Shown piece by piece: positions 12,001 to 23,396 of a DNA stretch of 64,000 nucleotides (the stretch's first letter is position 1; each line of letters opens with the position of its first letter). The notes below the pieces were generated by a model, which was given only the letters and a program-made list of their open reading frames with translations, was not told where the DNA came from and made no database searches. The DNA is from Psammoneis japonica (lineage: Eukaryota), in NCBI GenBank assembly GCA_008632985.1, contig QPGO01000006.1, positions 372,001 through 436,000 on the forward strand, in the 5' to 3' direction. The position numbers and the translations under genes are program-made.

Positions 12001-13236
12001 ATCAGCGTAGGTCTTGAGCACGCGTTGAGAGCGTTCGAGTGATGCGGGATCTTCAGCTAGATCAGCGAAAGTATCACAATTGAGCGACTGTCGGGGGACT
12101 TGGTGCCAAGCTTGCAAGTATCGGTCTTGAAGCCAGTATCTGCACCGTTCTTCCGTGATTCTGTCAACACAACCATCATGAGACGACGCAGTAAGGAGAA
12201 GACCCCGATTGAGTAGCTGAGATGCTGGGATACCAATAGCTGGGTCTTCTCGACTAATCAGCCCTATCTCCTGGGCACAATCCTTCAAAATCTCCCGAAA
12301 CGTCTTCCAGGCAGAGGAGGGTAGTGTTTTTGGATGGTCGTTGTGCAAGACATCATGTTCGAGAATATGTTTCAAAGCAAACGATTCCCAGTACCGTTTT
12401 GACAAGTGCTCGAGTGCTACTGCACTTGACAGCAGCGACTCTCCCAAGCGTACCAACAACTTTCCATCTTCATCCACAACACCCCACTGCCCATTGCGGA
12501 ATCGTACTCTGGCTTGGCCGTTGTAGTGTGGCTCTGCGAATAAGTACCTTTCACCTCCACCCACTTCATGCCCTGCCTGGTTCATGTAAAACCAGCCCTC
12601 TCCGTCTCTAACTAGAGCAATTCCTTTATGGGGTACAAGGTCTTCGATAACGGTCGATTGCATCCTTGATGAGCACGTACCCCATTCTTTCCCGTAGATG
12701 TCGATTATCATTGGATTACCATGAAGATCATACACTACACTGTGGCCAGCGGAGTTTGGATCTCCAGCGTAAGAAAACGGACCCAACGTCCTTTCTCCGT
12801 TTTGATCGATGTAAAAGTAGCGATTATCGCCATCGCGGACAGCGCTCCTGGCTACGCCCTCGCCCGGCACATCGTGAAAATTGCCGCACCAACTATAGCG
12901 ATCCTCGTAGACGGGTCGGCCTGTCCAGTCAATATGGAAGAATTTATTGTCAAAATCCATCACCGCGGCCCGTTGCGCAGCGTAGAAACCAAAGGTACGC
13001 TTGTATCGGTGATCATACAGGGGAGAGCAACTTCGGTCGATGTGATAAGCACCGCCGCCATTGCTTTCCAGCACCGCTGCGACACCATCGTGAAATGACA
13101 AAATCTCATCAAATTTTTTGCCCCCTCGAGGCTCAGAACTTGAGGTGAAAAATACCAAATGTCGCGACGGTTGCAACGAACATCGCCTCGTAGTGCTTTC
13201 AAGGCACTTCTTGAAATACCTTCCACTGAGAAACAT
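6099..13236 (-). CDS. Giant multidomain enzyme (~2,350 aa): WG repeats + O-methyltransferase + sugar nucleotidyltransferase + GHMP sugar kinase + GT4 glycosyltransferase + radical SAM/SPASM
   Basis: Motifs in order: FHDGVAAV/HYNGQARV..WGVVDEDG; IVDMGGGYG, GDLF, SRVLHDWPD; KAVITAGGLGTRM..PKALLPI, ALGDHVF; PGRMDLM..ADHSGS, GLASSAA, GAPCGILDQ, GAKISGGGGGG; HGYPP..GGSE, TLHDFW, PSIWEENSPLVIHEA; CNFSCTMC; CPFL..PCC..CKNC. Four ORFs are joined by one intron (10527-10620) and two single-base indels (~9783, ~6843), both inside domains. Confidence 0.8.
10527..10620 (-). other. 94-nt spliceosomal intron in the nucleotidyltransferase domain
   Basis: TTG|GTCAGT...TTTCCGTCACAG|GGT. Splicing gives SQL-GIEILPPSIF, in frame. 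Confidence 0.8.
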
Positions 13237-13613
13237 CGTAAGAAGTATTCCAAGATTGGCTTGTTTTTGACCAAAGAAATACTCCTGTCTACTTTGGACT
13301 GCGATGCCCGAGACACTACGCAAGATGCACTCCACTTACGTGGCACTTGATCGCAGAACTTCGAATCCAAAATTTCAACTAGTACCGCACATCAGTAGAA
13401 AATTCTCACCTAAAAACTTGAAAATCTTTGACGCGTTCAAATCACCGTTGCAGTTTGCGTTACTGTATTCCAGGTGGCACCGTGAAAACTACTGTACAAA
13501 TCAGCCATCAGCAGTACACACGCGTGAAGTCAAAGGCGTCGTATCCGAAATCCAAAAAGCAGAAAGGGAATCTCCTGTGTGCGTGGACACAATAAACCCG
13601 TTCAATTTGGACA

Positions 13614-14270
13614 ATGGCAATCAATAGACAAAATGTCCACGATTTTGCCGCGAAACATCTGGAAAAGCTGCTACCGAATGGATTTCGGGGCAAGTTCTTT
13701 TTGGCCGGCGGGTGCTTCAAATCGCTTATCCACGGCAAAGCACCGAATGATTTGGATTTATGGCCGGCATCTAGTGAAGACCGAGCATTCTTGATAGATG
13801 CGCTTCAATCACAAGGCAGCATTTTTTTTGAGGAAACGCTTTTCAATACAGTCTTGAAGAACCCTATTTATCCATTCCGTTTGGAAGTCACACGCAAATG
13901 CCCGAAATCCATAGAGGAGAGCGTAGCCGACTTTGATATCCAGTTAGCCTGTGTGTCGGTTGAATATTCCAATGGGACGATCGAGGATGTTTATATCCAT
14001 CCGGGCGTTGCTGATTGCGTTGCCTGTGAGGAAGTTCGAGCAGTGGATTGTCTCCGTCCCATGAGGTATTCGCTTCGCAGTCTGGAACGCCTGGATAGGT
14101 ACGGTAAGGAACTTGGATACCGCGTGTGCGAGCTAAGTCGGCGTCAGGTTTGGAATGTGTACACGGAAGCTTCCGAAGAAGAGAAGGAAGAGTTGCTGAT
14201 TGCCGCAGGGCTTACGGGGGAAGATGTTCCGCCATACGCCATGCAAGGTCAAGCGAACCATTCCGATTGA
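13614..14270 (+). CDS. Small nucleotidyltransferase of the poly(A)-polymerase/CCA-head-like type
   Basis: FFLAGGCFKSLIHGKAPNDLDLW fits the GG..(R/K)...P.D.D signature, with FDIQLAC downstream. Intact 218-aa ORF. Confidence 0.65.
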   Translation: MAINRQNVHDFAAKHLEKLLPNGFRGKFFLAGGCFKSLIHGKAPNDLDLWPASSEDRAFLIDALQSQGSIFFEETLFNTVLKNPIYPFRLEVTRKCPKSIEESVADFDIQLACVSVEYSNGTIEDVYIHPGVADCVACEEVRAVDCLRPMRYSLRSLERLDRYGKELGYRVCELSRRQVWNVYTEASEEEKEELLIAAGLTGEDVPPYAMQGQANHSD

Positions 14271-14499
14271 GATTTGTCCCGTGCCAACACGGGGACACTG
14301 GTAATCAAGTTCACACCAGAAACATCATAGCATTTGACTCGCTAAAGCCTATTTGAATCTTTCTGGTGCGGTAGGCCTGAAAGTTTGTAAGGACTATGGC
14401 CGAAAAGTTCATTTCGATCATCCAGGTCGAAATAGAGGTAAAATTCGGACTGGATTGATAGAAACGGCTGTGTGTCTTCGGTAGTCTAGAAGCACAAAA

Positions 14500-17400
14500 A
14501 TGATAGCCTGCTGCAAAACAAGCACCATGCCCATCGAAGTGACATTCAACGCACCCATTACCACATTCGCCCGTGTTTGCCAGATTGAGAAGGTCACACC
14601 GGCAACTTTTACATTTGAGAGGGGGTTGGAGTTGGAGGCAGCAAAGTTGGAAGTCCAGCCCCGTTCTAAAAATCCTTTTCCTTCACATTATTTGAGTGTG
14701 CGGTGAGGCATTTGCATGTTGTTGTGACGTCATTTTTGCTTTTTGCGGAGCCCGTGGCAGGTTGAGATGCTTGAAGCGGTTGGACCACTTGATTCAGTTG
14801 CTCTTGCATGCCTGCCAGTTGTTGAGAACACTGAGACTGCATGGTGGGCCGCCATGTCTTGTGCGTGATCTCAGAGCTCTTGGAAGGCTTGATCATGCCA
14901 ACATTGCATCTGTGACAGCAACTTCTGCACTTCGGCCACATCTGCACAGAAGTCAAAGAAGAGCTGGATGACAGGGCAGCTTGGGTGGCACTGGCGTGTG
15001 AATGCAGAGGAGGGGTGGTCCCAAGACATCCATCATGTCCAAACAACAAGGGTGCAAAGGAAGGCAGTTGGGCAAACATGTGGGGAGGAGGAGCCAAAGA
15101 GCCTTGGGTGTGGTGGCGCCATGACCTGGAAGACCATTCCCATCAAAGCCTCTCCTGGCAGAGGAACTCAGCTTGCAAGGGCAGGTGGATCTGGAGGTGA
15201 CAGCATTGGTCAAAGGAAACACACAAAAGAAAGCCAAAGATTCAAAGCTTTGAATGCTGGCCAAAACAATTGGTTGATGAGAGGACTCCACAGCAATTTG
15301 GTTGTCTTTCAAAGTTAAAAAATTGTTGCCATGTGCACAACCAATGAGGTTTGAAACCACCCAAATTTTGTCTGTGACAATTTTAAAAATTGCCACATTG
15401 TGCACTCTGATGAGGGCTTGGAAAACGGACATCAGAATGTTTTTTAGTCTTTGATTTTCTGGATTTCTTTGATTTTCTAGATTTGTTTTCATGAACAACA
15501 TCAACCATGCCAAGGCATCAGCTCTTCTTTTTTGCTGGCTTGTGATGGAAACTCTCACAGCACAGTGTGACAGCAAACAAGTGGTGCCACAACTGCTGAG
15601 TGGATTGCTCTTGATGCTCATGCGTGTCGGTCAGTGTGGGTGTTTGTCTGCTGCAATCTCTGAAAATTGCGCAAGACCAACCCCTGCAAACACATGCAAC
15701 AAATGAATGTGACCCAAACTGTGCCATGCAATCTTGTCCTAAACCACACAGAATGAATGTGAGACAATCGCTGCAGCCATGGGTTCTGAGTGAGTTGGCT
15801 CTGAAAACTGGGCCACCTCAACACTTGACACAAACCTTCTTCCAGCTGTGCACTTTTCTGGAGTTCCACTGCAATTGCCCTTCTTTCTTTAGTTGCATTG
15901 GCAAATTGACTCACAGTTGCCGCTGGATCACCCTCACTTCCATCAAGGACTCCTCAAGGGCCTCAATTTGTCTGCCAACAACTTTCATGCAGTGCTCAAA
16001 TCCTCGTCCCGTTCCACCATTTCCTCTCATTTGGCATCTTGGATGATCTGCCTTGGAAACTCACAGGTCAATGCATCCTTGAAAGTGTGGCCCATGTGAT
16101 GGGTGACTTGAAGTTCAATGTTTTTCAAATTGAACTCCACAGTGCCAACAACCACACACTCGCAAGCCTTGTATGAAACCATGTGTGAGACTCTTTTTGT
16201 GTCATCATGAAAGCCCACTCCATTGGAAGAAGATCACATTCTTCCATCACACGATTTTCCCACCTTTCATGCAGATGCACCTTTGCAACCTCCCCCAGTG
16301 CAACCAGTGAATTGCCCGAGTCCTCCTCCAATGCCAATGGTTTGTGTGAACCAAAGGCTCTGCCAGCACAGTGCTCATTGTCAAAAGATCCTTTTCCAAA
16401 ACTTGTCATGCTGGGGTCAAAAAGTGAGTGCTGCGCACAGGAGCAGTGCAAAAAGGTGCTGCAGTCAGATTGCAACACAGAGCTGCAGAGAGTCCATGAG
16501 ACAGAGCAACAAAAATGGAAACTTGCAGTCAGTTCAACAGCACTGGCAATCTCATGAACAACATTGCACATGAGATCCCACAACAGATCATGGCAGGTGG
16601 AAACAAGAACTGCTCAACTGACAATGGCAGTGCGTCAAAAATGGCCACCATTTTTCCATCCATCTTTGCAACACAAATGGTGGAAACATGGAACAACCTT
16701 TGGAGGATGCTTCCTGCGTGCTCAACCACAAAATTTGATCCAGCTTGAGAGGCATCTTTCACTGCCACCTGGCCTGTTCCAGCTCCAGGTGCTCCGTGCG
16801 GGTTCGATTCCCATCATTTGGAAATTTGTGCATTTGGCGCAATTGGCTTTTTCCAAATCCGTTTTTTGCCAAATCGAAGGGTGAGTGCACACTTTAAATG
16901 CATTTTCGGGTTTACACTCACCTTTTGATTTTCGAAACGATCAAAATTGAAGGAGTCAATTGCGCCAAACTGCGCAGAAAATCGGCCTCTCTCGCGTGAT
17001 GAAAAGCGGATCACCTGGAGCTGGAACAGGCCACCTCCACGTCTCCCAGTTTTCTTGCAGAACACCTCCGCTGAGGTGGCCAATGGCATTCTTGACTTCT
17101 CCTTCCAAATCCTTGGGACTGAGCAGATTCTCAATTTTGCGCGCAATTTGAAAAATTTGATGGCTCGATGAACTTGCTTGCGCCTCCTCAGAAGTTCTTG
17201 TCAGCATGAATGACACAAGCATGCTCCACATCTGAAACAGACAGACAATCACGCCAGCACTGTTCAGCACCGCCAAAATGATTTGGCTTGCACAGAAACC
17301 AATCTGATGCCTCTTCCTCCATGAGCTTGTCTTCCAATGTCTGCTTCTCTTCGGGGAATTCTTGAGACATTTCAAGGTTTCCGTTAAGACATGATGCCAA

Positions 17401-17540
17401 TTTCCTCCTGATCTGAGCCATGAAGTCAAAGACAACAGGAGCTGGCACCTTGGAATGGCGGAGGCACAAATTCTCCTGCAGTGGCTTTTCTTTGTGTGCT
17501 TGACACTCAACGAGCGGTGTGTGATTGGTTGTTCTTTCTC
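14500..17540 (-). mobile_element. TpA-depleted degenerate repeat of unassigned family
   Basis: About 3 kb with very few TA and overlapping Cys/His-rich pseudo-ORFs in all frames. Boundaries are estimated from composition only. Confidence 0.5.
16771..17032. mobile_element. Foldback-like MITE, 262 bp, 26-bp TIRs, 4-bp TSD (ACCT)
   Basis: ggcctgttccagctccaggtgctccg (16771-16796) vs cggatcacctggagctggaacaggcc (17007-17032), 25/26 match. ACCT at 16767-16770 and 17033-17036. Extra internal inverted repeats (tttggcgcaattg / caattgcgccaaa). Confidence 0.88.
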
Positions 17541-17681
17541 TACAGGCATACGCACGGCGTGCGGACTGCCTCATTTTATTTTCCCGCACGATCTAATGAC
17601 GTCACCCAAATTCATCTGCGTGTACGCAAAAACCGACCAAAGGCACGCTGGATACTTACGCTGGTGTCAATCAAAACGACC

Positions 17682-18187
17682 ATGATGATGATTTTTTCAT
17701 TGACGATGCTGCCACCACGTTACTGGATATCGACTTTAGCGTTGCTTGTTTGTCTAGTTCCTCTTGCAAAGGGATTTGTTGCTGCAACTCCTGGATTTCT
17801 TTCTTGCCGTTGTCGTTGTCCGTCCAACAGCAAGTTTTTGGTAGATTTGTCTGTATCAAACAGCAACAACGACAATAGTACGAGCGGCGCGCGGTGGTTT
17901 GTAAAGACGGAAACCTTTTCCAAACCATATCCACTGGTCAAGCCGTTTTTACAAGAGCACCGGGAATGGGTTGCCAAGTTGCGAAAAGACAAAGGAATGG
18001 AAATTACCAGCGGATACCGAGTCGATGCCGAGGGCAAACCTGGCGGAGGCGGCATGATGTTTTTTCGCGCTACAGATTACCAAACAGCAAAGCGTTGGTT
18101 CTGGAGGATCCACTTATTCGAAATGATTGTGTCGATTGGAGGTTAAATGAATGGATTGCCGAAGTGGGTGGCATCCAGTTGCTGTAA
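17682..18187 (+). CDS. YciI-family protein with probable plastid-targeting presequence
   Basis: EHREWV..SGYRVDAEGKPGGGGMMFF, then (after a 1-nt indel at ~18088) LVLEDPLIRNDCVDW. Signal peptide ends AKG-F. Confidence 0.75.
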
Positions 18188-19345
18188 TTGGAAAAAAGGT
18201 GGGAGCCCGAGGCGCACGCGGTCATCTCTGCTTTTTCCAAGTCGCAGTCGACCTGAACTAAAGAAAAAGAGTCGTCCTTCCAAGGGTTTGCTTTTTCTTG
18301 TACCTTGTGTGGTAAGTCGGTTCATCATCCTATCTGAAAGTATTCTGTGAGATACTGTGCATCACATAGCGAGCAACAAGGTATAGGTTCATCTGATGTG
18401 TTGTCGCTCTTATCCAGGAGAATGACTTGGGTATGGATCGCCCAATCCGATCTTTGAAGAAGGCAATCCAGACAGTCGAGGGTTGCCACCACGAATGCCG
18501 TTACGAGTCCAACGATTATGGTGGGCCGTCAGATTTTAGAAAGTACTACATGGTTCTAGCAGCCATCAGTGCGGGTGCGGCTTTTATTTTCAATCCATCC
18601 TTTTGACTATTGCGGCATCGACAGCCAGCTCGACACAGCGAAGAAGTCGGCCTTCTGATGCAAGACACATGCGTTATGAAAAACGAAGACATCCCTTGAT
18701 GGTACACCCATACCAGAATATTGAGTACTTAGCCAAAAAGATTCCTTCCGCTGATAGATAATGTGGATGCTGGCTGTTGCAAGGGCTCTCTAGTTCAAGC
18801 AGCAATCCACGGCAGCTCAAGTTGCGTTGCGACTGCAGAGACGCAACCATTCCTTTTCAAGCATTCAATTCGCACCAAATGTGCACGTCTTTTGAGTTAC
18901 AAACTGGTGGTAAAGGCGTTTCACTGTCACAATCAAAAGCTTTCGCATAGAGTGAAATGCCTTCGGAAAGGAGAAAGGTACGTTGGTCATTGTTCGTCAA
19001 GGGGGTGGGGTCGCGTCTTTGTGTGTGAATGCATCGATCCATCCGCCCGTTATTCTGTTATTCGGACTCATATATGCTTATATTTATTCACTTATTGCCT
19101 TTGCAGTATCAATTCACTTATATATGAAAGATGACATCATTGTTCGTCTATACGTCACTTCAAGAATTCGGAACAATCGTGTGATACAGTGTAGAGATAG
19201 ATGTCGCACGTGAGAAGCGTCCTTTCGATGCGGACGTCCTGCTTTGTTCATTGTTGCAGTGTGTGAGAGAGTACAGTAGGGCCCTCTAACCTCGATCATT
19301 ATGTTGTCTATGTTGGCATTGTGAACTGTGAAACAGACGATTACA

Positions 19346-20527
19346 ATGCCAAGTTCTTCACCCATCACAACGAGGCTTGTTGCGAATATGCTGCAGGCAT
19401 GTTACGCTGTTCAAAAGGCCGCTCTTGAGTTCACGGAGCTCTCAATATCCGAACGAGAGGAAGTTTGGGATGATTTGACGGGAGATCAAGCTCGGAGACG
19501 GCTGTTCGGATATGGCGGAAGAGAGCTATTACCCTTTTCGGAAGAACACGAGCCGAGGGCAATGGTGGAACAATCGTTGATGGACCTCAATGTTGCGCTG
19601 GAGAAACTCCCTGCGGGGCAAAAGAAAGCCTTTGAGAGAGCCTCGAAGCAGTCGCCAGAATACGTGAAGGATCGCAAGTTTCTCATCAAGTTTCTTCGGG
19701 CCGAAAAGTTTGATGCGAATGCAGCCGCAATCCGCATCGCTCGGCACTTTGAGGAAAAGTCAAAGATCTTCAGCGAAGACAAGCTAACCAGGGAAATTGA
19801 GCTGTCAGATCTAGATGAGGACGACATGGATTGCCTCCGACGAGGATATCTTCAGGTTCTTTCCGACGTGGACTGTGGAAACCGAAAGGTTATTTTCTAC
19901 TACAAGGCCGTTTCTGATTGCTACAAGCAACGAGAAAACCTCCTTCGAGCGTTCTGGTACGTCATGAACGTGATTAGTGTCAACGAAGATGTGCAGAAGC
20001 TAGGAGTGGCCAATGTCGTCTACAACGTTGGGGGCTTTCCAGATCACGGGATGGACTACGAGAAGTCACGAAGATTGGCGCTTTTGTTTAGAGCGATTCC
20101 TGTTCGATTCAACAGCTTTTACCCATGCGTCGATGAGATGGCATGGATTGTCGTCGTCGAGACCTTTTCGGTCATGATCAGTAGGTTTCTACGAATCCGC
20201 CTTCGGGTCATTACAGGCAGCCACAATGAGGTTGTGCAAAAACTAAAGAGCGTGGGAGTCCCAGCGGATTCGTTACCGGTCAATGAAAAGAGTGAGCTGC
20301 TGGTCGATTCCCATTTAGCCTGGATTGATTACCTCAAGCAGGCCGAAGCAGCCGCGAAAGAACCGGAACCTGCTCTGCAATATGAACGAGAAAATATGTT
20401 CATGCAGACAGATGTTATAACGGATCTGCTGAAGTCTACGTCATCCTTCTATGATGCTTGTTCATCCTTTCCTGAAGACTCTTCGTCTTTGCATGGACCT
20501 TCTTCCTATTATGAAGCGGTTGGTTAG
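19346..20527 (+). CDS. CRAL-TRIO-like protein of a diatom-expanded family
   Basis: FLIKFLRAEKFDANAAAIRIARHFEEK..ELSDLDEDD..QVL..D..NRKVI. Intact ORF. Confidence 0.7.
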   Translation: MPSSSPITTRLVANMLQACYAVQKAALEFTELSISEREEVWDDLTGDQARRRLFGYGGRELLPFSEEHEPRAMVEQSLMDLNVALEKLPAGQKKAFERASKQSPEYVKDRKFLIKFLRAEKFDANAAAIRIARHFEEKSKIFSEDKLTREIELSDLDEDDMDCLRRGYLQVLSDVDCGNRKVIFYYKAVSDCYKQRENLLRAFWYVMNVISVNEDVQKLGVANVVYNVGGFPDHGMDYEKSRRLALLFRAIPVRFNSFYPCVDEMAWIVVVETFSVMISRFLRIRLRVITGSHNEVVQKLKSVGVPADSLPVNEKSELLVDSHLAWIDYLKQAEAAAKEPEPALQYERENMFMQTDVITDLLKSTSSFYDACSSFPEDSSSLHGPSSYYEAVG

Positions 20528-20856
20528 AATGGAAGAATGGCAACCGCACATGCATATTGAGTCTTAACTTGTTTGTTCCTTTCCTCAGAAATCCATAACT
20601 AGAATATATGCTACTACCCGAATTGCCTCACTCTTACCTCGTGTCAGTAGACCAGACGTACTTCAGTTTTGCATAAGAGATTCCCTGCAGTTGCGGTTTG
20701 CTGTACGATACCTCTCCCTCCACAACTGGATAATAGAGATACTCTTTCGATCTCGCAATCAGAATGGTTCGTCAATACAGTACCATGTCTCTAGCTACTG
20801 ATCATACCTGGCTCCTGGCTGTGGATCACCCCTGGCAGGAGCTGAATTTTAATTTT

Positions 20857-21017
20857 ACAGACGTATCGCATCGCGTGCGACTTCAGTTCTACTAGTCTCT
20901 ACTAGCTAGTAGCTCTAGCTCTACTCTAGTAGCTACTACTAGCTAGCTAGCTAGCTAGCTAGCTAGAGAGGGCCTACTGATCTGAATTTGACAGACGTAT
21001 CGCATCGCGTGCAACTT
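20857..21017. repeat. 27-bp direct repeat flanking a (CTAG)n-rich low-complexity tract
   Basis: acagacgtatcgcatcgcgtgc(g/a)actt at 20857-20883 and 20991-21017, with ctag/tag/cta repeats between. Confidence 0.85.
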
Positions 21018-21252
21018 TTTTTTTGAAAAGTTGCAGTTCCCGCCATTTTCGATTTTTTGTCTGAGACGTGCAAAACACACCCACCGACATATCATCACGA
21101 CGCACTGTTACAAACATCAAACACGATCAAATCCCGCAATCCTGCATTGAGGCAAACACTGCACAGCGAATACAAAAGAAACACACTTTCATCACTTCTA
21201 ACTCCTTTCTAACTCACATTTATTCGTCCCACTCGTCCTTCACTCGGTTACT

Positions 21253-21579
21253 ATGGCAATCAAGAATCCCTTCAAGCGCAAGAACTCCAACGACAAGGAC
21301 AGGGTGGTTCTGAAAAAGGAAGACAAGGAATTCACAGAAATTTCTGTCGTCCGCGTTGACAAGTCCCAAGTGTCGCCAGAACCCGCCGCTGCACCAAAGC
21401 CACAATTAGATTTGCCGACACAGCTAAAACAACGAGACGCTCAAATTGCATCCCTCAAGAATGAATTGGCTGGCTTAAGAGAAAGAATCGCCGAGTTGGA
21501 ACAACAGACCAAGTCGTGCACTTGTGGCGCGCAACGGGAACCCGAAACGACAAGGTCGCGTTTTTCCAAGTGGTCGTGA
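21253..21579 (+). CDS. Small hypothetical coiled-coil protein
   Basis: 108-aa ATG ORF with heptads LKQRDAQIASLKNELAGLRERIAELEQQ. Confidence 0.6.
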   Translation: MAIKNPFKRKNSNDKDRVVLKKEDKEFTEISVVRVDKSQVSPEPAAAPKPQLDLPTQLKQRDAQIASLKNELAGLRERIAELEQQTKSCTCGAQREPETTRSRFSKWS

Positions 21580-23396
21580 AAGCAAGGAAGGAATTGACAT
21601 TGCGTCGTTGTATTTCACTTTTGCATTTATCCATTCATCTACAAACCACACACCGCAATCGCATGATGCATTCTCTTGCTTTTTAAAAACTTTTCATTGT
21701 AACACGTAAGCACACCTTAACGAGATGATGGAGTCGTATTCAATCATTGCATTTCTTTTTCTTATGCTAGTGTACGGTACATATAAGGCTGGAGGAGAAT
21801 ATCTTTCATGATTTTTTACCATTCGTCTGTACATGATAGAACCAGCTTTTCGAGTTGCTGCGGTGGCAAATTAGGGTCTCCACAAATGATCGTTTCTCTT
21901 CGAATGTCCTTTTGCAGACGGAGCAATATATCCGACACACATCATTCTCTAGTTTGTCTAACAAGTCGCCTTGACTCCTCGTCATTCTTGAACGATCATG
22001 CCTCTCTTTGCTCTGTCGCTTTCATTATCATCCTGTATCATCCGTAGTGTCGACAATGAAAGGTTAACTTATCTTGCAGAACAAATAATACTAGCACAGC
22101 CAGGATATATGTGTTCAGCTGCCAAGACTCGGAATCTCAGCCTCTGATACTTCTAGTTCGCCATGCAGTTCCTACACAGGTCGGTGTGAGTGGAGCTCGC
22201 TGATTACGTAGCTCCCTTGCGACAAGATCTCCAAACAAGTTGGAAGCAGGTCGCCTGGTTTTGATTCGTCCCCGCTTCAAAAGTCTCTAGCCAAAATGTC
22301 AACCTCGTGCTGAGCCTGCTGTAATGCCGTGTCCAAAACCACGATTTTTACTGTCATTGATTCGACGCATGTCTCACACTTTCTCCTTTGTCATTGAGTC
22401 GTCGGGAGAGGCACCGCTAATGGACTCAGATATTGATTTGCATGAATCTGGCCTTCAACATCCGCTATGACCTCGCTATGGCTTCTCCGAGCGATGACCG
22501 CAAAAGTTGTCTCTAATCGAAGCTTTACGAGCTTGTTGGCCGTGTTTTGCAAGTCGTCGTTCACCACGCAAGACTCCTCAAGGCCGCGGCCCGCGAAAAT
22601 CAGCCTCACATTTTCAAGTCACGACCCTTTTATGAAGTCATTTCTGTTATACATCATATAGGATCTGGATAAGTTCATTGATTTCTTTGAATCAATTTTG
22701 GCGTCGGACAGTGACCAAAATTGTCGAGGCATTAGTGAACGGAAAGCGAGAGAGGGACAACGGAAATGAACGACATTGTTTGTATGGCCGAAAATGACTT
22801 TGGGAGCTATAGATGTATATGATGCTGCATACACTAATAGAAAATTTCAAAATTGCGCATGTAGAAACCATACTCGGACAAATTCGGACAAATGCCAACT
22901 CTTAGCATGGTCATTTTTCCATTGAATGCGATCCGACCAGGCATTTTCCAACGTCTCCTTTTCCTCTCTCACAAAAAAGGTGAGGTGAATGACTGTCATA
23001 ATCAAACCCTTTATTGTCGACCATTTTCTAGCTTGCTGTATCATCTTCTGTTCCACCATCCGACTCTTTCTCTCTGTGGAACGCAAACCCTTTGTTGGGA
23101 AAGCAGGAATCCAATCGGAGGCAACGCACTAACGAGAGGTGGTCGAAGAGGGAAATCCAGAGATTGGATCGGAGGTGAGTGGACATTGGGCATTATGACA
23201 GCTGTGAGCCTGAATTTTCGACAAAAATGCTTGTATTGCATGTTTTGGTGGCTGTCGGCATCAAGTTTTGAAGATATGGCGTTGTATCTTGGCCTACAAC
23301 TCGAAAATACTTTAAGTATCGTCTTTGTTTCTCGTTTTTTGAGCAGAAAGACATTTTTAGAGTGATTCTGATCACCCCTCCTCATATGATTAAGTC

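Noticed and set aside
6099..14270. Bacterial contaminant or chimeric contig
   Set aside because: The fusion gene has a canonical spliceosomal intron and is contiguous with eukaryotic genes of similar composition. Read coverage should still be checked.
16790..16815. tRNA-like T-loop (ggttcgattccc)
   Set aside because: It lies inside a MITE, with no acceptor, D or anticodon arms.
21800..23390. Short ORFs between the coiled-coil and HMG genes
   Set aside because: No recognisable motifs or consistent exon structure.
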